Of a DNA stretch of 64,000 nucleotides, positions 13,791-27,547 are shown piece after piece. The notes under the pieces are model-generated. The model was not told where the DNA came from. It worked only from the letters and a program-made list of their open reading frames with translations, and searched no databases. Positions within the stretch are counted from its first letter, which is position 1. Each line of letters starts with the position of its first letter. This stretch comes from Eledone cirrhosa (Eukaryota), in contig OZ024740.1 in the NCBI GenBank assembly GCA_964016885.1, positions 249,736,001-249,800,000 on the forward strand, given 5' to 3'. A program made the position numbers and the translations under genes.

Positions 13791-13843
13791 TATTTTATTT
13801 TTATTTGTGGAATTACTCTGTCAATTATCTTTTTACTTATTCT

Positions 13844-14018
<175 letters not shown>

Positions 14019-14029
14019 ATAAGAAAAAA

Positions 14030-14410
14030 GTCTGGAGCGGCTGGATTATCTAGAAGTGATAGGAAGAGACCAGACGACCTTACCCTTTGTCCCTGACTCT
14101 TGTTCTCCCTCCCACATCATGGACACCACGGTAAATGTGAGGGTCACTGCTTCCATTGCCAAACGGAATAAAATCTGGAAACACCAGGAACTATCAAACA
14201 ATTATTTTTCCTAGTCTGTGGCGTTTGAGACGTTTGTTAGAACTGGACCACAGGCATCGAAGTTCTTGTCATCGTTGGTGACTCGCCTTATTGAGGTGTC
14301 AGGTGATGCCTGTGAGGATGCTTAGCTTTTTTAGTGCCTTAGCTTCGCCATCATCTGTAGTAATGTTGCGAGCGTGTTGGCTTGCCTCGAAGATTTCTGT
14401 TGATCCTTGT
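14030..14410 (+). pseudogene. CRE-like non-LTR element, restriction-like endonuclease (REL) fragment
   Basis: Reads GLSRSDRKRPDDLTLCP*..K..K..EL..NYF..VAFETF. Confidence 0.65.
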
Positions 14411-14739
14411 GATGTGTGGCTGATTGTCGCACTTGGTGGCGAATTGATAGTCATTTTTATTTTTGTTTCTTATTTTTCCTTTCTCTCGCTCTGATCGTAT
14501 ATTTTGGTGCATTGTATTTGTAAGGTTCCTAGCAATAATTAATTGAAAACACACACCAGACTACCAGTAAGTTCCTTTTCTTCCTCTTTTTCTCCCCTTT
14601 CTTCTTTTTCCTTGTCTTATGTTTCGGAGGTGGTTTGAGGAGCATGACTCACAGTTGAGCACACTTATAGTTCAAATGCAGTTACAGCCATGCCACGAGA
14701 TAAGACTTGTACCCGGATGACCGATTCCATAAGCTGGTA

Positions 14740-16150
14740 CCACCATCAATTCGGCAGAAAGGCCCGTAGATGCTTGTTTCCCTGTTAATTTTGGAGGAAC
14801 CCCATTATGTTCCAGGAAATGATGTGGCTAGGCAGTAACAGCAGCTACCACAACTGGCTCTTTCAAACCTAGTCGCCTGTTTCATATCAGTGACCAATCA
14901 ACTGGTTTTCATTTTCTGAGGCAGCAACTCATATGACCAGGCACTTTATAAAGCACACACCTTTTTCATCACTCCACCGTCTTGTAAACCTGGACAGGAG
15001 AAACGCTTTCAATAGCATTAGGCAGGCTCACGTCTTAGAGACGTGTCTCAGGCGAGCCCCTCAATTTACCCTCTTGCTCACCTCTCGTACGGAACACCCA
15101 GCATACTCATGACTGCTGACAACAAGGTTACTTCCAGTAATGAGACTCATTCTGCCCGCTCGTATTTGCACTGGCAGTTGACAATGTTTCCCGCTCTACC
15201 CGGGCACCCTTCAGCGTCTGGTACATGGACAATGCGACCTTGGTGGCTCGGCTGAGACATAAGTTGAGGCCCTTTGGCTAACCATCCCAGTTCTAAAGCT
15301 CCACAGACTCGAGATCAATCCATCCAAGTCTGAGTTATAAATGTTAGCTACGGAGAGGATGAATTCCATGACGCCGTACTCAGCATTGATCCCATCTTGT
15401 CCGGGGCTCAGCTCATGCCCAAAGACACTGCCTGTATTCTTGTGTCTCCAATTCTCATGAAAGCCATACAAGGGGGCCTGGAGACTAATCACACAGACTT
15501 GTTGAGAATGGCGGAGAGTCTGACCTTATTGATATGCACCCAGTGCTCTTCCAAATTCTTGTTCACACTGCATGGTTCGCTCTGTTACCTTCATACAGGT
15601 TACCTTGGTGAAATCAACACCACCATCCAATGCTGAGTAGAACTCATCTGCAATGTTAGTTTCGACGGCTGCAGCTAGCAACAGGTGAAATTCCCAGTGA
15701 GGTTCGGTGGTCTCGCCCCCTGATCCGCTTCAGATCTGGTACTGCCAGCCTACCTCAGTCTGCTCTAGTCGCACCCTCATCAGCAAGATGGCCGAACCTG
15801 ACGTGGCCCTAGAACTGGAGCAGGCTCTGACTGACTGGACAGGTGAAGGTCACTCTGTCCCCAGTATACAAATGTCCAATGTAATTGGAACGACATCAAG
15901 TGCATGTCTTCCTTCAGGTGGATTAAGCCTGGCTTGGCTCAACATCACCTCGCCTGCTGCTGATTTGCTTCGCAGCCTAACAGTGGTGTGGGGCTCAATT
16001 TGGTACCCTCCTCATCAACCGATACCCTTCTTGATGACGAGTGCACTCATATCGGAGTGGCGCAACACATCAGCCTCTGCATCTGTGAGCCACATAAATG
16101 CTTTTGCGGGTGTCGCTGGCTATTGTCCGTTGAAATGCCTTTGCAGTTTT
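14740..16150 (+). pseudogene. CRE-like non-LTR element, RT + zinc-finger fragment
   Basis: VNLDRRNAFNSIR, PSIYPLAHLSYGTPSIL, WYMD(N), LEINPSKSE, CEPHKCFCG across broken frames. Confidence 0.65.
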
Positions 16151-16696
16151 GTCTGTGGAGCGCAGTTGAAACATTGCCTCGAAATAGGCGTAAAGCCTGT
16201 CAACCTTCTCCCCTCTCCCACTTTTTCTTCCATGGCCTAATAGTCCTTGCTTTATTTATACAATTAATTATGAAAACTTGAATTATTTACAAAAGACACA
16301 AATTAATACATTTTTAAATAAGTGAAAAATATCGGGTTAGAACCCAGGGCCCTCTATTATTGGAAAGTGAACTTCTTATTGTAGCAACATCAGTGAGATA
16401 GGAAATGCACTGTGTGCATAATGCTTTCTTCCATTGGAATAAGGTTTACAGGGTATGATGTTTCGTTGATTGGATCAATTTGCAATAAATTAGTGGTAAC
16501 TAACTAGATTATCGATCCCCGGTAGGCTTTGAACTCGGGACTTAAACATCGCGAATCATTTTTTCTGGCACTCTACAAACTCTACTGCATCACTGGTCAA
16601 GAAAATTAAAAATACATAGTCTTTACTTATTAACTGTTGAGCTAAGATTACAATTATACCTCTTTATCTGGCTGGAGAATTGTACATATAAACTCG

Positions 16697-16783
16697 CATA
16701 TCTGACAAGACATCGAAAAAGAGTCAGGCCCTGTCATCTTGATTGTACCCTGAGCTGATCGATATCGAAACAATTGCAATATG
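16697..16783 (+). ncRNA. Decayed hammerhead ribozyme (family C)
   Basis: catat CTGACAA gacatcga..tcgatatc GAAA caattg CA atatg, then AATAAA; two core mutations. Confidence 0.6.
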
Positions 16784-16872
16784 GCAATAAACTTTGTACA
16801 TATGCTGCAACACTGACTTCGATTTTTCTTAATCTCTCTCTCTCAATATATATATATATTCGATGACACCCG

Positions 16873-16930
<58 letters not shown>

Positions 16931-17095
16931 GGAAGTCACCGAATTCATCTTAGTGACACGCTATCCACGGCATAGCTCACACACTTAATGAAATAACAAG
17001 TGTGCAGTAAGTGTGCAGTTGATAGGCTGTTCATTGCATTGCAGAGCAAGCACAATTAATTCGTGAGTTTTATGGCAGCTATACACTGATCTATC

Positions 17096-17217
17096 TCCTG
17101 TATAGAATTCTGTTTTGTCGCAAACCTATAACATTTATTAGAAGCGTTATATGCAGAGGATTACGTAATGTTGGTAAACGTTACGCAATCCAGGTTAATT
17201 GCGACTCATCAGCAGGA
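17096..17217 (-). ncRNA. Hammerhead ribozyme with branched stem II, one core mutation
   Basis: tcctg CTGATGA gtcgcaa..ttgcgac AAAA cagaattcta TA cagga; internal hairpins ggattgcgtaa/ttacgtaatcc and tataac/gttata. Confidence 0.75.
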
Positions 17218-17411
17218 TCCCTGACAATAGCATAACGATCTATAGGGTGTAGACGATTAGCGAGTTCACTAGCTTACCAATTTTAGCAGTTCACTATCAT
17301 GCTATCATGTGACCTCCAAAATTGTGGCAGACAGTCGTGGAAAGAACACACTGATTGGTTGGTAGAACTGAATCAACTAGAAAGCGTGACAACAAATACT
17401 CACACATATAT

Positions 17412-17557
<146 letters not shown>

Positions 17558-17886
17558 CCTACTCTGCTTATAGCTTGTAGTGTAGGATGGGCAGAGAAAT
17601 GAACTCTTTTCTCTGAATGAACATGTATGTGAAAATTAATTTTTCTTCCCCTTTTTATTTTCATTTTATTATTATTATTATCACTATCTGTACAAATATG
17701 CAGCTTAACAATATTCTGCATATCCGCAATTGACAATGCATATAATGCTGAAACCGGTATTGTAAATAAATTAATGTTTTGATATTTCACTGAAAAAAAT
17801 CTCTTCAACATTTTCTACTGAAAAAATCTTTTTCCTTTCTACTATTTGTTTTCATATATATCAACTCGTGTGTTACTTTTTTACAT

Positions 17887-18045
<159 letters not shown>

Positions 18046-18589
18046 TACATAGTGTAGGTGATTCATTGAATTACTGGTGGTGGTACCACAACAAGCACTT
18101 TATGCACAGGTTGAGTGTATATATATATAAAATGATGAAGTTTCATTTTCATGTATTTAGTTTTTTAATGTGTATGGACCTGTTATGCACATTTCGCAGA
18201 GGATTGGCTCAGGGTCACCCATAGGAGTTATGAACCCGACTCCATTCTCGATCTGTCCTTCAGACTGGCATTTCGACAAAAAATATAGCATTTGTTATGA
18301 TTTGTGAGTCATTGTATCAGTAGTGACAATTCAGAGTTGCCGACAACTGGGATAAAGTCTTGAGCCAGCAGGCCTTGACCATGGACACGGCAAGCACCCC
18401 AATAGAATTACTCTCTTCCTATTCGAAGGAGGTATATCCCTCATCTGAGATGCCATATGTTGTGACATGTTCTCTAATTTCAACTTAATCGCTTCGGCCA
18501 CAAACTCTGGTACTGCGGCCCACTATGCCGAGGAAAGGAAGATAAACAAATAACAGGGATTTTCTGGCCACTTTCTATTTACACTGGTC

Positions 18590-20800
18590 GCCGTCCTGAA
18601 GAAATCAGGCCGTCCTGCGCCTGTCGGGGCATAAACAGCCACCTGCCCAAAAGCATAGCCTTCGCTGTTGGTCACGTCCAGCACCACCGACTTACCTTCT
18701 GGGTCCAGGTAGATGGTCCGTATCACGAGATCCATGTCTCTCCGAAACAACACAGTGACTCCGCCACCCGATCCCGGCCTGCTTTGAGATGCATACACAT
18801 CGTAACCGCCGAAGATGGGTGCGAAGGCATGTGCCTCGGAAATTCTGGTCTCGCTGATGGCTACCATATCTACGTTCATTGACCTGAGGTCAATGAACAT
18901 AGATGTGGTAGCCATGATGCTTCAATGATGACTCCAGGTCACGCGCATTTATGCTGCCTATTCTGAGTAAGGTCATGTCGAAAAGGAGTGGAAAAAGATG
19001 GGAAAGACCACTTACCTCCTTAGTTCTTGTGGAGGAAGGGTGGTTTTTCCGTCCTTCTGACTGTTTGTGGCCCTCTCCAGAAGGATGTCTTTATATATCC
19101 TCCTGGAAAGTATTTGCCGGAAATCTCCGACGTCCTTCGGGAATTTTAATTTTAATGTTGTGTATGTTTTCTGTGTGATACGAGTGACTTGTATGTGTGT
19201 GGGTGGTGTGAATTTTTGGGGTGTTGTATAGTCTTTCTCTGTGATGCTGGTGTTGTGTTGGATGTAGTGTAATAATTGTTTATTGTTCAAGTTTCATGCT
19301 GTGTAGTGTGTTTTGGTTTGGTTGCTTTGTTGTGGGTTTGTTTCTGTTTCGCTTGTTGGTGTTTTTTGTGGTGTTGGTGATGGTGGTATTGGGGTTGATG
19401 ATGGTGATGACGTTGGTGGATGCTGGTGTTGACGTAGCTGTCTTAACTTTCTTGTTTTTTTTTAGGGCGAAGGAAGAGGGTTCTTTCTTTTCTGGTTTCT
19501 TTTTTTTTACAGATACAGTTACCCACCCCTCATCTGTGTCACAATCCGTCTCCAGTTGTGAGAGGCCGGTGAGTGGAATGTCCTCCACAGGCGTTGGTGT
19601 TGGTTGTAGCATGGTGGAGGCTGGAGGTGCTGGTGCTACTTCTGGCGCAGTAGGCGGTGGTGGTGTTGGTCTTATTACTGTTGCTGCTACCATTTCTGCT
19701 GCTGGTTTTGCTGGTTGAGTCAGTGGGGTAGGCAGGAGAGGCGGCCTTAAATTTTTAGCCATCCCCTGAGGGTTGAAGGCCTTTAGGTGGGTTCCTTCGC
19801 CACAAACGACACACCAAGGCCTTCTACCTTCAAAGTTTACGCTAAGGTGGCGGTCGTCATTGAGGTCTATCACCTCTGGACTCTCTTGGATATTTTTCTG
19901 GTCTGCTTGGATCAGGAGCTCCATTCCAATCCGGGCCAGTTCTTCTGCTTTATTCTTATCACCTCGATCACCTTTGATTCGGCCTCGATATCAGCGAGGA
20001 CGGCAGCCATCAGCCAGGGAATTTCAATGGCTGGCGGAACCTGGGTCACACTCAATCTCATGAGCCTTTATCCACAGTAGCTCGGGACTAGTGTGAACTC
20101 GTCACTTTTTAGTGGATCCATGGAATGCTCTCTGGTTTCCTGTGGGGTTCCAAAGAATACATCCACGGTCTCATATCTTTGTCCACGTCTGATGTGGGTT
20201 TTCTGAGCCCACACATCTCCCAAAGCCTTTTGAATCTGGGACTCGGATGCCCGCTCCACTCGCCTGGCCTCATTCAGTTCTTCCTGGCTTACCTCAATCG
20301 TTTCGTTCTTGTTCGCCACTTCAGCAAAAGACACATTTGGTTTTGCGCTGGTGTTGGTGTTGTTGTTATTGTTATTTTTGTTATTATTATTTCTTGTTTC
20401 GATTGTTGTTGTTGTTGTTGTTGTTGTTGCGGTAGTGGTGGTGGTGGTGGTGTCAGGGGCGTTCGATGTGACTGTTGACATTGTGGGGGAATCCATTTTT
20501 TTTTATCACGAGACAATTTTTTTGTTCCAGTTGTTGCTGTGGTGGTGGTGGTGGTATCAGTGGTGTTGGATGCACTCTTCGACATTGTGGCAGTGGAGAT
20601 GGCTCCTTTAACACCGGTAGACATGGGCAAAGGTGGAAAGGCCCCAATATTATTGAGTGTCCGTTTCAGAAAGCATTATATATGGGCTTATAAACGGTTA
20701 ACAACAAATATTTTTCATAACTGGCAATTCAAAACAACTTAAAACAAGAAACCTTTAAGAGTTCACGATAAGACGTTTTCCTACGTAAGTCGTCAATAAT
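18590..20800 (-). mobile_element. L1/Tx1-like LINE 5' part: ORF1 (zinc knuckle) + start of ORF2 APE; disrupted
   Basis: ORF1 pieces 20068-20496 and 19280-19924 (FEGRRPWCVVCGEGTHLK); APE motifs IGSINAR, VDMVAISET, GGGVTVLF, VAVYAP (18590-18965). Confidence 0.8.
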
Positions 20801-20939
20801 AACGAAAAAACACCACTAGCAAACAAATCAATGAAAAACAAAAATCTACTGGTTGATTAAATAACAATGCGATTAATGGACAAAACACCATAAACACAAA
20901 TGAGACCAACCAACGAACACACAGATACAGAGAAGGAAC

Positions 20940-21385
20940 AATGAACAGTAACGAGTCTAACTGCAATTGTTGAGACCCTAACAGATGTCATATGCAAAAT
21001 AATTGTTTAGATCGAAACATTGTTTATGAATGTAGAGTAACAACGAGTAATGAAACATATAGATATATTGGTGCAACCTCTACAAGCTTTAAGGAAAGAT
21101 GGTATAACCATCGCCACACCCTTGAAAAAGTTGATAAATGGTCTAACACAGCCCTGTCGGAACTGATTTAGACGTTAAAAAATGACCAAGCACAATACTT
21201 TCTTTCTTGCTCTAAACTTTCATAATGATTTTCCTTATATAAACGGGTCTATATCATCCGGGTGTGACCTCTATTACCGAGACTTTGGATATCATAAAAA
21301 GTAGCCTCAAATTTTTTAATAAACGCTCCGACATACTTAATACATGCTTACACCAAATATATAAGACATTCCGCAGAATATATAG
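20940..21385 (+). pseudogene. Naiad-type PLE GIY-YIG fragment
   Basis: SNCNC*DPNRCHMQNNCLDRNIVYECRV..YIGATSTSFKERWYNH. Confidence 0.8.
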
Positions 21386-21860
21386 TTAAAACTTCCATAA
21401 GTAATATAAAATATACCATCAACTAATTAATAAAACATACATAAATATATAGATACATTGTAACCTCACTATCCAAGTATTAATATCTACAATTGAAACA
21501 CGTAAAATTAATCCCCCCCCCCCAAAGGTCATTCTAAGAAACAAATGAACCCCCTGGTAACTTGATATTCCAGCCAGCTTTCAATCACCAACGCCAGCAA
21601 CAATACTGTCTATCATTCCAAATAAAACTGCTTCAATATGAATCTAGTCATATGAGTACTGCACAGTGAGGTTAACAGCATGTTAAACCAGTAGCATATC
21701 AATGGATAGAAAAACACGTCTCACTTATTTATTATACTAAAACTCCGGGTGATACCTTACGGAGAAAATCCCAAGGAATACAAATCGAAGAGTGCTTCAC
21801 GTCTGTTTACGAAAAAGTCGGCAGATTTTTTATCAACCAACTTTCATGAACTGAATAAGT

Positions 21861-21904
<44 letters not shown>

Positions 21905-22140
21905 GTTTGCGTGTGTGTGCGCGCGCGCATGTGTGTGCATGTATGTATATTGGTTATGAATCGAAGTTGTAACCGCAATATAGCAGGTACTAATCGAATT
22001 TTTTGAGGCAGCGACAAGCACTCAATGGAGCGAGAAGATAATACATTATCGTCCAGAATAAACACAAAGTTAATAAACTGTGTTACCAAGAAAAGCGACC
22101 AAAAGCAGTGACCATACTTATACCACAACAGCGATAAATA

Positions 22141-22205
22141 CAAATTGATAAAAATTGATAAAAATTGATACAAATTGATAAAAATTGATACAAATCGATA
22201 AAAAT
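22141..22205. repeat. 10-bp tandem repeat (MAAATTGATA) x6
   Basis: caaattgata/aaaattgata array. Confidence 0.9.
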
Positions 22206-22567
22206 GTTCGATAGGTTTCTGGACTCTACATCTCAAGTTGCATAATGTCAGATATGTATTTCCACGATGGAACTGGAGTTCCTATCGTCGGCAGGTTTTG
22301 TTCCATGTATCTACGGTGGTTCGGTCAAGTGACAGAGGCATATTACCTATAGTAGTAAATTTGCCTTTCTCAAAATAGGAAGGTCAAGCTGGCCGAACTA
22401 TTGACGGTGTTGTTGTGAGGAGCTTGACCTTCCTATTTTGAGAAAGGTCACATGATGACAAAGCAATTTTCACAGCCTCGAAAAAAAAAGCTCCCAACTA
22501 GCGTTTATGAACAAAGAATAACTATATATATATATCAATGTATATAAACTATAATAAAGGTAGGTCT

Positions 22568-23298
22568 GCGGGACTGCGTACGGTTTATTTCTTTTAATCC
22601 AGTTAGTAAAATAAGTTGGATTACTTTGAATAAATAATTAATGAATATTACATAATTTATGTACTCAATTTCGTAAACAAAAATAATTTCGTAAAAATAA
22701 ATAATTTCAAATTGACTTCTTTTCAAAGTTGCATTTCCGGTATATCGTCGCCACCGCCACCACTTCAACTACCACATATATAGAAAGAGAGAGTGTGTGA
22801 TGAGAGAGAGAGAGATTATGATTTTCTACACACTGACGCGTATGAGCGTACACATACATACATCTATATGTATGAGTATATAACTATAATCGCACAAACA
22901 CAAACTTATAAAAATAGACGCCGACGGACATAATTCACACAAATACACATACTTTCACACAAACATACATACATTCACGCACACTTTCACACAAATATAC
23001 ATACATTCAAACATACTTCCACACAAATATACATACTTTCACACAAACATTCACACATATACTTTTACACACACATACAGTCATGATAGCGTTAGGTGAA
23101 TTGGAGATGGAAGGGTAAAACAAATATAACGTTTTATTTATTTATTAACTCTTTTTTTAAAACTTATCTAAACTATATTAAAGTAAGAAGCGCGGGACTG
23201 CGTACGGTTTATAATTTTTTTATCCCATTAGTAAAATAAGTTGGATTACTTTGAATAAATAATGAATGAATATTACATAATTTATCTACTAAATTTCG
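22568..23298. repeat. ~105-bp direct repeats (22568-22672, 23191-23298)
   Basis: Both begin gcgggactgcgtacggtttat and share agtaaaataagttggattactttgaataaataa. Confidence 0.8.
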
Positions 23299-23877
23299 TG
23301 GCTGTTCATTAAATATATTTTATTACTTATTTAAAGATTCACTTCTTTAAAATGTTCAAATGTCAGCACTTCCGGTTAGCGGTCGCTTAAATAAATATTC
23401 ATATATTTCTGTCACTAATTTTCTCCTAATGCAGTTTATATATAATATCGTCTTTTTTTAATGTATCATGGATTACGTTACTGATTACATAAGAGAGTGT
23501 AACACAGTCTTCGTTCAATTTCTGTGTATATTGTCAATTACGATTTTATTTGATGTATCATATCTATATGCATATATACTTGCGTATAATATCAATATAC
23601 ACTCTACACATGGGTGGTTCGGGTGGTTTTCTGCTAGCAAAGAAAAGGCAAAGGAAAAAAAGAAAGAGAAAAATCACAAGCAGGTAATACACACATCTTA
23701 GACCACAGAACAAAATGCAGGCGAAAGAGTGGAAAACGATCCGCTACCAGAGCAAAAGATAGCAATATAGAGAGGATCACTGGGAAACCTCTCTAATAAT
23801 TTTTGAGGCAGGCCAGCACGCTCACAGCGTTACCTGGGGTGATGGTGAAGCTGAGGTGCTGGAACAACCAAGTGCCC

Positions 23878-24722
23878 ATATATGTATACAGACGTACAGT
23901 AGTATGTATATATACATATATATATATATACATACATGCACACATATATATATATGTACGTATGGATTCAACGAACATTTATTATAATGCGCGGTGTGTT
24001 TGTAAACAAACATCCCGAATTAAGCCGTACAGTGTCTAGCAACCATCGTTGCTCATTTGTTCAACACTGACAAAGTATATACTTTCAGACGTTCAATCAC
24101 CTGGCAGGAATGTATACGTTGCTGACGATAGCTAATAAGCTTGAAACTAGTACAGCGTTCCTTTGTCAGTGTTGAACAAATGAGCAACGATGGTTGCTAG
24201 ACACTGTACGGCTTAATTCAGGATGTTTGTTTACAAACACACCGAGCATTATAATAAATGTTCGGTGAATCCATACGTACATATATATATATATATATAT
24301 GCATGTATGTATATATATATACATACTACTGTACGTCTGTATACATATATGTATGTACGTATACATACTTATATTTAAGTAACAGCCGTACTAAGAGTGA
24401 GAAATGAAATTTCGTTTCATTTTTTCCATTTATCGTTTTCGGTACCCCGGCCGATTAACTCACTCGATATGCAAATTAGGCTGCTCAGCCGTTAATATGC
24501 ATAAGGAAAGTATATACTTTCAGACGTTCAACCATCTGGCAGGAAGGTATACGTTGCTGACGATAGCTAATAAGCTTGAAACTAGTACAGCGTTCCTTTG
24601 TCAGTGTTGAACAAATGAGCAACAATGGTTGCTAGACACTGTACGGCTTAATTTTACAACCACACCGAGCATTATAATAAATGTTCGGTGAATCCATACG
24701 TACATATATATATGTGTGCATG

Positions 24723-24772
<50 letters not shown>

Positions 24773-24840
24773 CTACTGTACGTCTGTATACATATATGTA
24801 TGTACATATACATACTTATATTTATATATATATATATATA
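23878..24840 (+). mobile_element. ORF-less retrozyme-like tandem (435-nt period) with inverted 5' segment
   Basis: Identical minimal HHRs at 24116-24158 and 24551-24593: acgttg CTGACGA t-agct-aata-agct-t GAAA ctag TA cagcgt; ~23878-24074 is the reverse complement of ~24161-24350. Confidence 0.85.
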
Positions 24841-24950
24841 TATGTTCCCCACCACCACCTCACTCTCAAGAGCGTGAAACTAATAAACCTTTGTTCGTAC
24901 TGCCTCTCTGATTTGTTCCCGTTCAATTTTTTACTATATATATATATATA

Positions 24951-25366
24951 CTAGCTAATGTATCTAGCTTCTCCTGGGGTTAACAGATGATAAGAGAAGA
25001 TAGGTAGAAGAGAAAATGACTGTATTGGATGTTTGTCTGGTTGACAGTATGGGGCGAGACCATGGTGTGTGTGACAAAACAAAAAAGAGAAATAAATCTA
25101 CCAGATACACCAAATTCTTTGTTTTACTGTTAGTGCAGAGTATGTGAAGATTTCTAAGTGTTCCCACTTGTGAACAACCTACATATAACTGCCCATGGGT
25201 AAAAACTGATTCTCTCATATTCAATTCTACAACTTTGAGCCTGCGGTGGATGATGGAATTTCAATATTTTATATTATATATATATATATAATACCTTGTA
25301 AAATTTGATTTGATTTAGTCGAGCCGTTTGGGAGTGTATAAGGAAAATACAGACAGACAGAAAATG

Positions 25367-25370
<4 letters not shown>
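24951..25370 (-). mobile_element. Small non-autonomous Helitron with helicase C-terminal remnant
   Basis: VFTHGQLYVGCSQVG..KTKNLVY; 3' end CTAG followed by T on the minus strand. Confidence 0.75.
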
Positions 25371-25453
<83 letters not shown>

Positions 25454-25456
<3 letters not shown>

Positions 25457-26488
25457 TCATCATCATCATCATCGTCATCATCATTTTACGTCCACTTTTC
25501 CCTGCTTGGGACGAGTCTTATTCAGCACACTATCTCTCCACTTGTTACGGTCCTTCGTCATCTTCACTGTGAGCTTCAGCGATCTGAGGTCTGTTCTCAC
25601 CACCTCCGCCCATGTTTTTCGTGGTCTACCTCTACCACGTCAGTCTTCAACTGGAATTTCCTGGCACTTCTTCACACATCGGTCATCCTCCATGCGCATC
25701 ACATGTCCATACCACCGCAGTCTCCTCTCTCGCACACTACATTCTATCCCTCTCAGACACAGTTTCTCTCTCAACACATTCATGCTGGGTCGTTCACGCA
25801 CATTGACATTGCCCATCCAATGCTTGCCTCATTTCTCTCCAGTCGTCCCATATCCTCTGCAGTTGCTGCCCAAGTCTCACTACCATGCAGCATCGCGCTC
25901 CTCACACAGGCATCATATAACCGGCCTTTCGTACCCAGGGAGAAACCCTTCTTTGTCAGCAGAGGATGCAGCTCCCTAAAATTCTTCAACCCGTCCTTAT
26001 TCTAGATACTATGGCCTCGGAACACCCCCCTCCCATGATAATCTGATCTCCTAGGTACCGGAAGCTATCCACCACTTCTATAGCACCCGCCTGCATTTGA
26101 AAAATGTGTCTATTAATGCGACTTCTACTGTCTAATTTCCCTGTACATCTACTGCATACATATTTCTCCCTACCTGTTAGTGTGCTTGCTATCCCACTAC
26201 ATCTCTTGTGTACCCAGGATCTGCATTGTGTGCATTTTATAGAATTTATGCCAGTTCCTTTTCTGCATATTGAACATGGCCATTTCCCTGACGGAATCAG
26301 AGTTTTGTCCTCTTTTCTACTTATCAACACTTTTGTCTTAACTAGGTTTACTCTCAGTCCTCTTGCTTCCAACTGTTGTTTCCATACCCAGAATTTATTC
26401 TCCAGCTCCTCTACTGATTCTGCTATAAGAACCAGATCATCAGCATAGAGAAGTTCCCATGGACAGCCAGTCTTAAACTTCTCTGACA
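25454..26488 (-). mobile_element. RTE LINE 3' fragment (PHD-containing family)
   Basis: WELLYADDL, WPCSIC..CTQC..H.RC..CSRC, FRYLG; (GAT)n tail. Confidence 0.9.
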
Positions 26489-27545
26489 CCAGACGCAAGA
26501 GGCAGAGAAACACGCAAGGCAAGTGCTTCCTTAAAATACCACACGTGGGCAAGAATACCACCAACGCTATCCGCAGGGCTATACGGAGAGAGGGCCTCGA
26601 CATCCACCTGGACCACTCGAGCCCCTCCCTGCAAAGATGCCTCTCCAGGAAACCCGGGAAATCGACTAGCGCGTGTTCCCTCAGAAACTGTCTGATGCGC
26701 CATACGAACTGTTGCTTACGCACGTACGTCGTGTATAAGGTAGAATGAGACAAGTGCAACCACTACTATATCGGTAGCACAATCCGGCCGCTACACATCC
26801 GGATCAACAGGGCCTCGTCTTTTCTGAAACACATAACCAAATGCGGAAACAAGACGGAAGGCCCATTGTCACAGTGCTAGCGACAGAACGCAACGTCGGC
26901 ACGTTACGAATCAAGGAAGCACTTTGGATCAAACGCATAGGGCCACAAATAAATAACCGATCCGAGAGAAGCGAAATGAGATGGTTGTTGTAAACAAACG
27001 CGACAACACACACACACAGACACACACACACACATACACACATACAGTAGCATTCGATCGATTATTATTGTGTGTGTAGCACCGCCACCATCCACCGACC
27101 AGGCAGAATACTACTACCATACGAATATACTAGTGCTAGTACCTAAAACCAGCACAGATAAATAGTACAATGGATTGACAGCTAACGCCATCCCACTCCC
27201 ACATTAAAAGAACTACTTCGACCGTCGACCTCTGCTTGACCGCACTTATTCCGCGCGCACGCGCGCTCTGCAGTATACCTCACTTAGTCACCAACAGCGA
27301 ACAGCAGAGGACACGTAGGGTTCCTCTCCGACAGATACCCCCCCCCCCCCCTGTTGATGAATGCGAATCTGAAATATAGGGACAATTAAATCTCTCTCAA
27401 GTTTATTTTTTACGCTCTTTCCTACGTTCCTCTACACACTATACATCTCATTCAACATTCCCTTACATCTCTCTCTTCACCACCGGATCCTGTTACCCGG
27501 AGAATTACCCATCTGCATTGTTGAGGCTTCCAAAACGTCCAAAAG
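26489..27545 (+). mobile_element. PLE 3' fragment (GIY-YIG + 3' UTR)
   Basis: FLKIPHVG..C..RNC..CCLRTYVVYKVE*DKCNHYYIGSTIRPLHIRI. Confidence 0.75.
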
Positions 27546-27547
27546 AA

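Noticed and set aside
20968-20970. TGA directly after CNC in a Naiad fragment as possible selenocysteine
   Set aside because: Aligns to Arg in relatives (CNCR); CGA-to-TGA CpG decay explains it.
22141-22205. Regular repeat as a possible CRISPR or iteron array
   Set aside because: No spacers and a eukaryotic context; simple minisatellite.
25986-26759. 257-aa ORF as a novel fusion protein
   Set aside because: Chance read-through from the antisense strand of a PLE fragment into a 5'-truncated RTE.
27349-27382. HHR-like ccctg TTGATGA..GAAA ta taggg in a PLE 3' UTR
   Set aside because: C3 is mutated, stem II is poor and stem III is missing; at best a relic.
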